From NCBI GenBank assembly GCA_016748015.1, contig JAAOMT010000529.1, forward strand, positions 4,848 to 68,847: a stretch of 64,000 nt of DNA, written 5' to 3'. The notes under the pieces are model-generated. The model saw nothing but the letters and a program-made list of their open reading frames with translations. It was not told where the DNA came from and made no database searches. The DNA is from Geosiphon pyriformis uo1 (Eukaryota > Fungi > Glomeromycota). Below are positions 36,825-49,011 of the stretch, piece by piece. The translations under genes were made by a program, and so were the position numbers. Every line of letters begins with the position of its first letter. The stretch's first letter is position 1.

Positions 36825-38511
36825 ATGAAAATGAAAGAAATTAAAAGAACAACTCGTTTAGATGCTCATGATTGCAACGTGTGTGAAATTTGTCAAGAGA
36901 GTATTAAATATTATAATGATAATAATTCGTGTGCGGCATGCTGGTTCAAATTTTTTGAAAAACATTATAAAGACTTTTCAAGCGGCAATAAAGTAGTTGA
37001 TGAAATAATTAAAAATCCAATCTATATTCCACCTAATCGATCTAATGGTTATGAGGGTAGTTTGAATTACTATGAATGGATTCCATGGGAGCGTTTGTCG
37101 AATATCAATGAAATTGCTAGAGGAGGGTTCGGTAGAATTTATAAAGCAACCCTAATTGATGGATTAATTTATAAGTGGAGTATAAAACATCATGGTTCAA
37201 TGGAATTTGAAAGAAAAAAAACTTTTGAGTGGGGACTAAAAATTGATAAAGTAGCAATAAAAATTATCCCAAAGAACAGTTCAGAAGTGTTTAAAGAGGT
37301 AAAAAAATTATTATTATTATTATTTATATAAAATTCATTTTTAATTAATTTATATATTACCTATTATTTATTTATTTATATTATCTAATTACTTTATTGT
37401 TTTTTATACTGTGTTGATAGTTAAATATTCAAAGGGCTGTGTTTATTAATAAGGGTGGGTATTTAAGTCATTGTATCTCTCCAATATGGGGAATTACGCA
37501 AAACCCTGAAACACTCCAGTATGGAATTGTGATGGGCTTTGCCGAGCATGGAGACATGCGAAAATATTTATCAACAAATTTTCATTCTACGAGTTGGGAA
37601 GATAAATTAATGATCGCGTTTGATATAGCTGAAGGACTTGATTCAATTCATTCTTCTGGTATGGTTCATCGTGATCTACACTCGGGCAACATCCTACAAT
37701 TAAATACTATTAGTGTAAATATTGGAGACCTCGGACTATGTCAACCAGTAAAAAATGAAGCAATAACAACAGAGAAGAAAAAGATTTATGGAGTGATTCC
37801 ATACATTCCACCAGAAGTTTTAAGAGGAGAAAAGTTTACAACAGCTGGTGATATTTATAGTTATGGAATGTTATTATGGGAATTAGCAACAGGAAAGCCT
37901 CCCTTTCATGATTGTCCACATGATCATATTCTTATAAATGCTATTTTAAATGGTTACAGACATAAGATTACCTCCCCATTTATTCCACCTTCAATTGCCA
38001 AAATTATTGTAAAGTGTTGGGATATTAATCCTAAGAATCGTCCTACTGCCAGAGAAGTTTGGAATAAGTATTGGAAATTTTCAAATCGCGATTCCGAGTT
38101 TATAGAATCAGATAAATACGTAAAAGAAATGTTAAAGACCGACTCGACAACAAAACCTTTAGGAATATTTTCAAGATATATTCAAAATATTAAAAAAACA
38201 AAGCAACGTGACGAGATAGCAAAACTTCGGATGACAACAACAAGCATTCATCCAGGAGCAGTTTATACAAGTCGTCTTTTAACTGCACAGATGGTTGATT
38301 TTTCTAAAGGTTAGTTTATCTATTTTTTGTATTGAATAATTCATTGATTTAAATGTTATACAATATATTAAAATTTTATTTTATCTTAATTTACTTTTAA
38401 AAGAATTAGTATATTTACCTGAAAGTAAGAGTTAAAAAAGTTAGAATGTATTATATACTCTTGTTTAAACTTTATTTATTTTACTATCTATTCTATTTAG
38501 ACAACTTTTAA
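36825..38511 (+). CDS. TKL-like kinase K4, intact; exons 36825-37298, 37421-38309, 38404-38424, 38501-38511
   Basis: HDCNVCEIC..CAAC, ARGGFG, VAIK, HRDLHSGN, GDLG, PYIPPEVL. Canonical introns keep frame and the protein ends ELVYLPENNF*. Confidence 0.92.
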
Positions 38512-41500
38512 TAGATCTAATATTGATCAAATGTCATAGCTTTTAAACTTTAGAATGAGATTAATAATATTAGTTTCATAAGTGATAAAAAAGAATATTC
38601 ACTCCTGTTGTTGCTGCTTTTTCTAATTTAATGTTTCATTGTTTGCTCGTTAAATTAATCCAATTTTATGCAGTAGCTGATGAAATAATTAAAAACTAAT
38701 GTTTGTTATTTTAATTGAAAACTATTATTTAAAGCGTAAATTAAAAAAAATGGTATATATAATCAACATAAAAATTTATTAATTTGTTTAAAGAAAAAAA
38801 AGCAATCAAGAATTTTTAATTAATTTGTCTACTATTAATTTGTTATTTTTAAATATGTTTTTTTTTACAAATATAATTTTTGAGAATAAATAAACCATAA
38901 ATATTAAGAATTAGTCATAATAATCTATTATCTTTATTATTTTATTCTTTTTATTATTGAATTTTTATATATATATAATATAATTAAATATATTAAACAA
39001 AAAACATTATCAATTTTGTAAAAAAATAATAATCCAAATTAAAATTTGCAAATAAATTAATCTATATATTTTATATTAGTTGGTTTCTTATCTACTACTC
39101 TTTTTTTATTTAATTTTACAATTTCTGTAATTAACTCTTAAATGATAAATTTGTAAAACTTTTAAAGTAAAAAATTATTTTATTTATATACAAAATATTT
39201 CACGAAAATATAAATGAATTTAAATTTTTTAGTTTGAAATATTAAAAAACAACAACTAAAAATACACCCTATAATTCTTACTTTTTAAATTTCCCAAAAC
39301 ATAATAAATGCTACTAAACTAATAAATTAAATTATAACATTAATTCAAGATATTGTTTTTCTCTGATACAATTGAATAATTTGTAATGTTTTTTTTCGAA
39401 ATATCTAATTTCAAGTTTTTTAATTATAAATAAAAATTATTTAAATTTTTAAATCATTTTTTAAATTCGAGATTTAAAATTTAACTATTGAAAAAAGTTG
39501 AAGCTGTTACGCCTGAAATAGAACAGTTTAAGAAATCAAATAAATATGTTGAAGAATAATTCGACAACGAATTATTCAATCAACTGAAAATTGGTTTTTA
39601 TTCATCTGGCTAAACATGATTCCAATAAAATACTATTTTCTTATAAATTTTCCACAAAATCTAGCCATAATTAATTTTTGTGTTGCTTTTTTGAAAAATT
39701 CTCAAAGCTTTTTTTGATTATCAAAATATAAAATTTTAAATTTGTGATCTTTAAATAATTAATAATAATAATAAACAGTAAAGATTTAGTTTTATTAAAT
39801 TATTTTATGAGATTATTTGAAATTGAGATGAAACAAAAATGTGACTTTTCTGAAAAAATAGTCATTTTTATTTAAATAATAAAAATTAATAATTTCATGA
39901 AATTTCAAACTAAATTAAAATAGTGGTCATATTTTAATTTAATAATTCAGAATCATTATTTTATATATTTGTTTTTGAGATAGACAAATAATAAAGACTT
40001 ACATTATTTTATACATTTATAAAAGGACATTTTTGATTTCTTTAAAACATTAAAGTTGTAAATAAATTAAATAAAATCTAATTAAAAGCATAATAAATTA
40101 GAATATATTTCTTCAATTTATATTTGCTTTTATATATTAATAATTTTATAATTATTTCATGAGGTTTATTAGATTCATTTTAATATGTTAAATGTATTTT
40201 TAATAATTAAGTTATTATAACGATATTCTTACACATTTAAAACATAATATATAAAGTTATGATAAAAAAATTATTTTAAAAAGTAAATCAATTTAGGTTT
40301 AAAATAATTTGACAGATAAAATAAATGAAAGTTAAATTGTCTTAAAAGTTTTTCTTATATATTCTTGATTTCATTCATCGCTTGATGTTTTCTTCTTTGC
40401 TTGTTTCTTTGTTATTGAAACAAAATCTAATTTCGTTTTAAGAAAAATTAAAACATATTAAATTAGAATATTTTTTATAATAACACACTAGTACAATAGA
40501 ATCAGAAAGTTTATAATTTATTTATCAAAAGAAAAGAATAGATTAAGATATTAATACAACTATTAAGTTTACCTTATTTTAAATTGAGTTAACATTTAAA
40601 ATTAATGAGGCCAAACAGGGAATCAGATTTGGCACTGATTGAAAAATCGGTATTAAAAAAAAATTTGATATTAGTGAAATATAGTTTAATAAAAATATTA
40701 TTAAAATTAAAATAAGTATACTACTCTTATAAAATAAATTTACTTAATATGTTAATTAAATTATTTTTTATTTTCATAATAAAAATAACAAAAATTTTTA
40801 ATTAGGTTTTTTTAATTAAATCTAGTAATTTCGACAATGATATTCAAAAATAAAGTTAAATTATTTTTTGAATTATTATTTTTTTTTTTACATAAATTGA
40901 ATTAATTCTACAAATATTTGCCAAATAATTTTAATTTAATTATCTAATTTGAGTTTTTTTGGTTAATTTTAATAAATTATAATTTTAAAAACTAATATAT
41001 GTATTTATTTGGATAAAAGTGAAATGTAAAAAAAATATTATTATTACATATTTATTTACAAATTTATAAATTTTTAAATTTATAACTTATTGAAATAATA
41101 TTAATTGCTAATTTTTTACATAATTGGATTTCCAATTTTTTGTTTATCTTCTTTTTTAGATTGCTTTAATTTTTTTAATTTAACTTGTAATAATATTATT
41201 CATAATAATAATAATATTTTTCTTTTCTATTTATAAGAAAATATTAATTCAAATATAAATAGAGCCAATTTTATTATTTCATAGTAGCTCTCAGTCTTTA
41301 ACTTATTTATATAATTATGCGTAAATTTTTCAATAATAAGCTATTTTTAAAATAAATAAAAACTCTTTAAATGTAGCTTTTTAACTTTAGTTTTATCTTG
41401 ACTTATAATACGATAAAGACTTTTATCACGATTTAACTTTTATCTATAAATTTTAAATTTTTTTAATATAGTGAAATAATTTAATAAAATTTATTATTAA

Positions 41501-41599
41501 TACGATTTATAAATTAATAAAGGTTATCGAAAATATATAACTTATGAAAAGATAATTCATTGAACCGAAAATTAAGATGATGGATCATGTTTAAATTTA

Positions 41600-42895
41600 T
41601 TAAGAATCATCTAAAAGTTAAAGACAATAGATAGTAAAAGAAATAAGTATTAAACAAGAGGATAAATTTCATTAATAATTAATATAGATATAATTACTTA
41701 CCTTTAGGCAAATAGACTAATTCTTTTATAAAGTAAAGTAAATTGATGTAAAATTTTAACATCCCAACACTTTTCAAATGAGTTCGGTAATATAAGAGGG
41801 AAGGTAGTCTTAGGTCTTTAAGTATTTAAAATAGCCATTATAAGAATATGATCATGAGAAAAATCATGAAAAGGAGGCTTTCCTGTTGCTAATTCCCATA
41901 ATAACATGGGGCAAAATTATAAATATCCCCAGCTATTGTAAACTTTTCTCCTCTTAAAACTTCTGGTGGAATGTACGGAATCACTCCATATATCTTTTTC
42001 TTCTCTGCTGTTGTTGTTGCTTCATGGTTGACATAATCCGAGGTCTCCAATATTGACTGTATCTTCATATAATTGTAGGATGTAGGTCACGATGAACCAT
42101 ACCAGAAGAATGAATTTTTGAAAGTCCAAAAGCTATACAACACGCGACACTTAATTTATCTTCCAAACTCGTAGAATGAAAATTTGTTGATAAATATTTT
42201 CACATGTCTCCATGTTTAGCAAATTCCATCACAATTCCATACTCGAGTGTTTCAGTGTTTTGCGTAACCCCTAATATTGGAGAGATATAACTTAAATACT
42301 GTTCCTTAAGAAACATAGCTCTTTAAATATATAACTATCAACGACACAGTGTAAAAAAGTAAATAGATAATATAAATAAATAAATAAATAAATAAATAAT
42401 AGATAAATATGAATTAAATATAAATATAAATAATAATAATTTGTTTACCTCTTTAAACACTTCTGAACTGTTCGTTTTTATAATTTTTATTGCTACTTCC
42501 CTTTTTCCCCATCTTTTATATTCCATTGAACCATGATGTTTTATACTTTCTAAATCAATTAATCCATCAATTAAGGTTGCTTTATAGATTATACCGAACC
42601 CTCCTTTAGCAATTTCCTTAATATTCGACAAACCCTCCCATGGAATCCATTCATAATAATTCAATTCATCACTTCCAAACATACTCTTAGATGAAATATA
42701 GATTGGATTCTTAATTATTTCATCTACTTCTTTATTGCCGGTTGAAAATTTGCGATAAAGTTTTTCAAAAAATGTGAACTTGTATGCACTACAATAAATA
42801 CGACTATTATTTTTAATACACAGTTGACAAAATTCACACAGGTTGCAGTCATGATTGTATGAACGAGTTGTTCTTTTAATTTCTTTTAATTCCAT
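41600..42895 (-). pseudogene. TKL-like kinase K5 pseudogene
   Basis: Exon 1 is open (42895-42449). Exon 2 has CAA>TAA at 42325-42323, a catalytic-loop deletion (HRDLH[SGNI]) and a C-terminal deletion after KCWD. Confidence 0.9.
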
Positions 42896-44540
42896 GGTTT
42901 AACTTTATGTGAATTTGAATAAAATTGAATAGGCTATTATTCGAATAGAAGGTAAATTTTAAATGGGGGGGATTCGTATTTATATTGTTTCTCTATGTTT
43001 ATATAGTTTCACGAATCTTTATTTATCAAACTATTATTCGCTACAAATCCATATTAAATTGCATTGTTGGCTAAATGAATAGTTTAATTCTTTTATATAA
43101 AAATAATACCATAAGCAAGAAATAGCGTAACACTATTGATTATATAATTTTTTGTGTTTAACTATTAAGATATTTTCAAGAAAAGAGATTTTTTTAGAAA
43201 TATCTAAAAGAAAATTTTTTTAATTAATTAGAGAAAATCAAATAATGGTGATTTGAATTTCAAATTGGTCAGATTAAACTGCTACAATCAATAAGTTCGT
43301 CAACAATTTACCATTCTAATATGTTTGACAAAATTTTAAATGAATTTTAAATATAAATAATTTTTTTTGCTTAAATAATTTGAAATTCACAATATAATTT
43401 TTTTAGAATTAAATAAAAAAAAAGATTTATAATATTTAAATTTAAATTAAAAATCTTCTTTACGCTCTATTTAAAGTTAGGCATAATTTTTAATTAAAAC
43501 AATATCAACATTATTTATTAATTAAATCTAAATATTTTAATATTAAAAAATTCTTTTAAATAAATAAACAAATAAAATATTTTATTAACATTAAATTATA
43601 GTTATAATAATAAATTTTAACAAAATTTTATGTTTATATTTTTATTAAAAGTTATAAACAATATTAATATTTTTAATATTTAACATTTTTTTACAATTTA
43701 TTTACTCTTTTTATTCACTCTTTGATATTTTTTTACAATATCAATTGTCAAATTTAAAAATTTAATATGAGAATAAATTTTAATTTAAATATTTTTTTTC
43801 AAGTTTTACTTTACACTAATTTTGTATACAAAATATTAAATTTGCCTTGTTTATAGTTTTTAATGAAATGACCCTTTATAAAAAGTTTTGCATGATAATT
43901 ACTTTGAATGATACTTAAATTTAGTCATTTTTATCATTAATTACAGTTTAAACTCTAATTTTTATTTTATATTGAAAACAGAAAGAAAATTATGAAGAAT
44001 ATGGTTATCCTTTAAATTCATTTCAGTCTTTAATACTGTTTTAAGTCTTTTTTTAAGTTAGAAATTTAGAGTAAAAAATCTTAGTAAAATATCCAAATCT
44101 AAATTTATTATGATATCTATTCAGATACTATACACCTAGTTGAAATAAAAAAAACGGAATGCGAAAGATTTAGAGAAGGTTAAATTTCAATAAAATTTAT
44201 GATGAATTCTTGAAAGAAATAGTAAAATATTTATCTGGCTTCAATATTTTATTTATTTTATATTTATTTTAATAAAAGGGATTAGAAATGGAATTATGAT
44301 GAAAGTTTGCCAAACATACAAATATTTATTATAATATTTGATTTTTTATATTTCGTTGTTGCGTATAAACTAACTATAATTCATTTTAGTGACATAGTCA
44401 TGCTAATTCACACTTTAAGTTCGCAGATAAGTGAAACATCAGATAAACCATATTATTTAGCTTAATCTAATTTAATTTAAAAGCATCTTGATTAATTTTT
44501 GATTTAATTTATATGTTGAACTCGAATTTTCTTTTACAAA

Positions 44541-44574
<34 letters not shown>

Positions 44575-45159
44575 TTATCCGAAGGGAAATTTTATAATTT
44601 AATTTAATTTAATAAAAAGTAAATAATTTTTATTTTTTGAATATAATTTGATGCAAAAAATTGAAATATAATAAAACTTTTTTTGAAAAGTTAATTTTTA
44701 TTTATTTATTTATTAAAAAATCGTAAATAATTTTACTAAATAAAATTACAGATCTTTATATTATAATTAATTTATTAAATATAATTATTAAATTTATAAC
44801 CAGTCAATAACTTTAAAATTATTGCAATTAATTTTTCGATAAATATTTAGCAAATTTTTATTTTTATTTTTAAATAAAAAAACATTAAATCTCAATAATA
44901 ATAACAGAATTTTTTCATTTTTAATGAATTTTTATTTCAAAAAATTTACATTTAAATTCAATTATTAGTTATTATTAATGTATTGTATTTTGAAACTTTC
45001 TATTGCCAAATTTTATAATATGTGATTTAAAAATTGTTTTATTTAAATCATTTTTTAATTAACTTAAATATAATTTAAATATTGTTTAATTTTGTATAAT
45101 TTTTTTTAATCAATTCGACTGTGGTTCAAAATAATTTTTTTTTGATTTTAATATAATTA

Positions 45160-45163
<4 letters not shown>

Positions 45164-45193
<30 letters not shown>
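45164..45193. repeat. (TA)n microsatellite
   Basis: Direct reading. Also (ATT)n at about 44540-44572 and (TAAAG)n at about 46020-46054. Confidence 0.9.
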
Positions 45194-45200
<7 letters not shown>

Positions 45201-45686
45201 ATAATAATATAAAAATAATAAAGAAATAAAAATAATAAATGATAAAATTTATTGATTGCTATTTTTTTTAAACAATAATAAAGCTATTTTTATCAAATTT
45301 TTTATGTTGATTATATATAACATTTTTCTAATTTGCACTTTAAAAGAAAAATTTCAATTAAAATAACAAAATAAAACTTTATCTGATACAATGATTGGTT
45401 TTTTAATTATTTTATTTACCACTTTATAAATTCTTGATTCATAAAAGTGAGGTTATTTAATAAATGCTAATCAATTGTAAATTTATGATTTCATTTCCGT
45501 TTTATGTTTTTGAATTAGCTTAACCCAGTAATTATGCTCTTATTCACAGATCTCAGAACTACTCGTTTAGATAAAAAGACAGTTTGGCTTCTTTGTGTAC
45601 TAAAGCTACTTAAAATTATTGATCATTAAACCTGTTTAATCAATAAAAGTTCAAGGGAAGAGGGAATATAAAAGAAAAAAAGTGAT

Positions 45687-45790
45687 CATCGTGACCTACA
45701 TTCGGACAATATCCTACAACATTATCGAGATTTGGTAGGAATTTACAATATTGGATTAACTCAACGAGCAAACAATGAAACATTAAACTT
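45687..45790 (+). pseudogene. Isolated kinase catalytic-loop fragment, antisense to K6
   Basis: CATCGTGACCTACATTCGGACAATATCCTACAA = HRDLHSDNILQ, followed by GLTQRANNE (compare GLCQPTNNE). Confidence 0.75.
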
Positions 45791-45891
45791 AAAAATAACA
45801 AGAACGAATATTATTTTTTATTACCTTTGAAACTAATAATATTAATCTCATTGTAGAGTTTAATAATTATGATGTTCAATCATGATTAAAT

Positions 45892-46360
45892 CTATAAAGA
45901 GTCATCTAAATATAATAAATAGCAAGAGAAATAAGTGTTAAACAGGATAAATTTCATTTAATGATTAATGATACATCTAATTTCTTACCTTCAGGCAAAT
46001 AAACTAATTCTTTATAAAATAAAGTAAAGTAAAGTAAAGTAAAGTAAAGTAAAGTTGTCAATATACTGTATAATAATTAAATCGATAAAAAAATCAATAT
46101 AAAAATAGATAAACTAACCATTGGAAAAATCAACGATCTGTGCAGTTAAAACACGACTTGTAAAAACTGCTCCTGGATGAATNNNNNNNNNNNNNNNNNN
46201 NNNNNNNNNNNNNNNNNNNNNNNNNNNNNNNNNNNNNNNNNNNNNNNNNNNNNNNNNNNNNNNNNNNNNNNNNNNNNNNNNNNNNNNNNNNNNNNNNNNN
46301 NNNNNNNNNNNNNNNNNNNNNNNNNNNNNNNNNNNNNNNNNNNNNNNNNNNNNNNNAAGT
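45892..46360 (-). other. TKL-like kinase K6: 3' exons visible, body hidden in the gap 46183-46356
   Basis: IHPGAVFTSRVLTAQIVDFSN, microexon ELVYLPE and terminal DDSL*. 46357-46520 matches the K1 upstream region 7800-7970. Confidence 0.85.
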
Positions 46361-47739
46361 TTAAAATGTGAATAGGTTATAATTCAAAAGAAGGCTTTTT
46401 TAAAGCTTCTATTAACAGTACGTTTAGAAAGTACTTTTTTAAAGGCAGAGTCCCTATTTATGCTGTTTCTATATGTTAACAAATCATTATTCGCTACAAA
46501 TCATACTCACACAAGTTTAACTATAAATAAAGTTAGTAGCTATAATACATAAAGGCGCCAAACAAGTTTTTCAATTTATTTGTAGGACAATAGCAACAAC
46601 AATAGATTTAAGGTTCGATGCGTAAAACAAAATCTTGATATTTTTATTTCAAATTTTCTAAATAATAAAAAGGCTTATCTGTCGAAATAAATTATTTTTT
46701 AAGGTTATGCTATAAAAATAGATATTTGTATTAAAATAATTATTTTTAGTTTGCCTAACACTAAAATAAAAAATTTACATTAATCCTTTTAATTCTTGTT
46801 TTTATTAGCTCTCGGTTTCTTTTATACTAATTTTGGATGCTTCAATCGAAAACTTTCGATATTCCCAAAAGAAGAATCTCTTGGGAATATATATAAAAAT
46901 ATTATAAAGCCAATTAATTAGAAAATATCAAATAAGAGTATTTTCAATTTTAAATTGGTGAAGTTAAGATAAATTAATAACTTTAAATGGCAGGGTAATT
47001 CCAAGACTGTTACTATCAATAAAACTTGGTAATTTATAATTCTAATATTGTTGAAAAATTTTTCAAGAAAATTAAATAATAATATTGAAATTCACAATAT
47101 GATTTATTTTGAATCAAATAAAAACTTTTAATAAAAATATTTACTACATATAAATTTAAATTAACAGTCTTCTTTATTTTATTTTTAAATTTACATATAA
47201 CTTTTAATTCAAATATTATCAATATTTACTTTAATTTCAAAACTAGAATAATTATAAAAAGTAATTTATATATATCAAAAACAATAAAATATAGTGTTTT
47301 ATAAAATTCAAAGATTTTTCAAAAAATACTTTAATATTATTGATTAGTTAACTCTAAATACTTTTAAATAAATAAAATATTTTATTAACATTAAACTATA
47401 TTTACATTAATAAATTTTAACTAGATTTTTTGTTTATGTTTTTATTAAAATTCATAAACTATATTAATATTTTTTACAATTATTCTAGCTTTAAGTGAAT
47501 ACAACTTTTTATTCACTTTTTTTATTCTTTCTTCGATATTGTTTTGCAATATGAATTCTCAAATTTAATTTTTATTAAGTTTAAAAAATAACAATAAATT
47601 ATATATTTATTACTTTAATATGAGAATAACTTTTTAATTCAAATATTTTTTTCAAGTTTTACTTTGCATTGATTTTATGTAGAAAATATTAAAAAATACT
47701 AATTACAATTAAAACAGGCTCTTTCTTTTTTCTGATTTT

Positions 47740-48480
47740 ATGATCATGACTAAAGCAAAAAGTAAAAAAGTTTTAAACATTACTTTCTCTATAGTAACTA
47801 ATAAAGTTTTAACAAGAAAAGTTCTTTCTGTTGTAAAAACAGTTAGGCAAAATGTCTTAAAAGTGTTTTTTTTAAGTATTAACAATAAAAAACTGCCAAA
47901 AACTGCTTTTGAAACACTTTTTTTTACCTTTGGTTAGTGGTTTTTTTTTAATCAAAGTTTTTTTTAAGAAACACATTAGAATTAGTTCTAGTATTGTTTT
48001 TGCTTCTTTTAAGAACCTCAAAGTTTTTAATAATAAGCCAGTTAATAAGCTGGTTTTTTCTGCTTTTAGCACTACTACTATCTTTATTATTTTACAAATA
48101 GCCAAAAAAGCCAAAGACTTCAAAAAACAACAGCAGTTACTTGTTTCTACTATTGTTATACTAAGATTTTAGATAAAATTTTGGATAAAATTTTTACAAC
48201 AGCAACCAGTTTTCTTTTTAATATAAACAACAACAATAACAATTCTGTCTTTTAAAATAAACCAAAATTAATTACTGGCTGTATTGTCAAATATAATGTT
48301 TTTTAGTAGATTATTACCAATTTTAAAAGAAAAACAAGACATATGTCTTTAACCAATCAATTTATTGGGTTATTTAATTTTAAAGATTGAATTAATCAGA
48401 TAAAACCAAATTAACTGGTTTTTTTTTGAGGTAGTATTATAAGTTTTAAAATGAAGAAATTTTTTTAACGAATAGCTGGT
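47740..48480 (+). mobile_element. Eroded TE relic, same family as 10620-12700
   Basis: Homologous to 10620-11050; residual frame MTKAKSKK...KNLKVFNNKPVNKLVF. Confidence 0.45.
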
Positions 48481-48489
48481 GATAATTAT

Positions 48490-49010
48490 TCCAGGAAATA
48501 CATTAAACCACTTATCATTAATAACGTTCATTTTCCATAGATAAACAGATTTAATCGATTCAACGAGTGGAAAGTTTTGGTGGAATGATTGATCTTCGGA
48601 AACTATATGCTTGTTTTTTTTTTAAATTTGTGTGAAAAGTACATGTATCATGTTACCCTTACTTCTTAATAACCACCAAAATTTGACCAGAAAAACATTT
48701 CTATCAAATTTTCCTTTTAGTAATAATTTTTTTTAAAATTTTAATCTCTTGACTATAAAATCCCATTTTGTCAAATTCCATCCGTTAAATTTTCTTACTC
48801 AAATTTAAAATGGGTGTTCTTGATTCGCTTCCAAATTTAAACGCTGAACTAATAATTCGCATCATATTTGGTCTCAGTATTTTCTCAATAATCGTCGCCA
48901 TGACAATTCCCACCTTTTTCAAGGTTTTCATATATTAAGACCCCTTAATTTCAATCTCTATAAACCACAATACATCGGAAAGTGGTATTCCAGTACCAAA
49001 TGCCTTGCTC
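48490..49010 (-). pseudogene. Possible degenerate LRR/F-box-like gene fragment
   Basis: GC-richer, CpG-retaining island. Broken frames give L*RLKLRGLNI, I*RMEFDKMGF and ESIKSVYLWKMNVINDKWFNVFPGI, with LxxLxLxx-like periodicity. Confidence 0.25.
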
Positions 49011-49011
49011 T

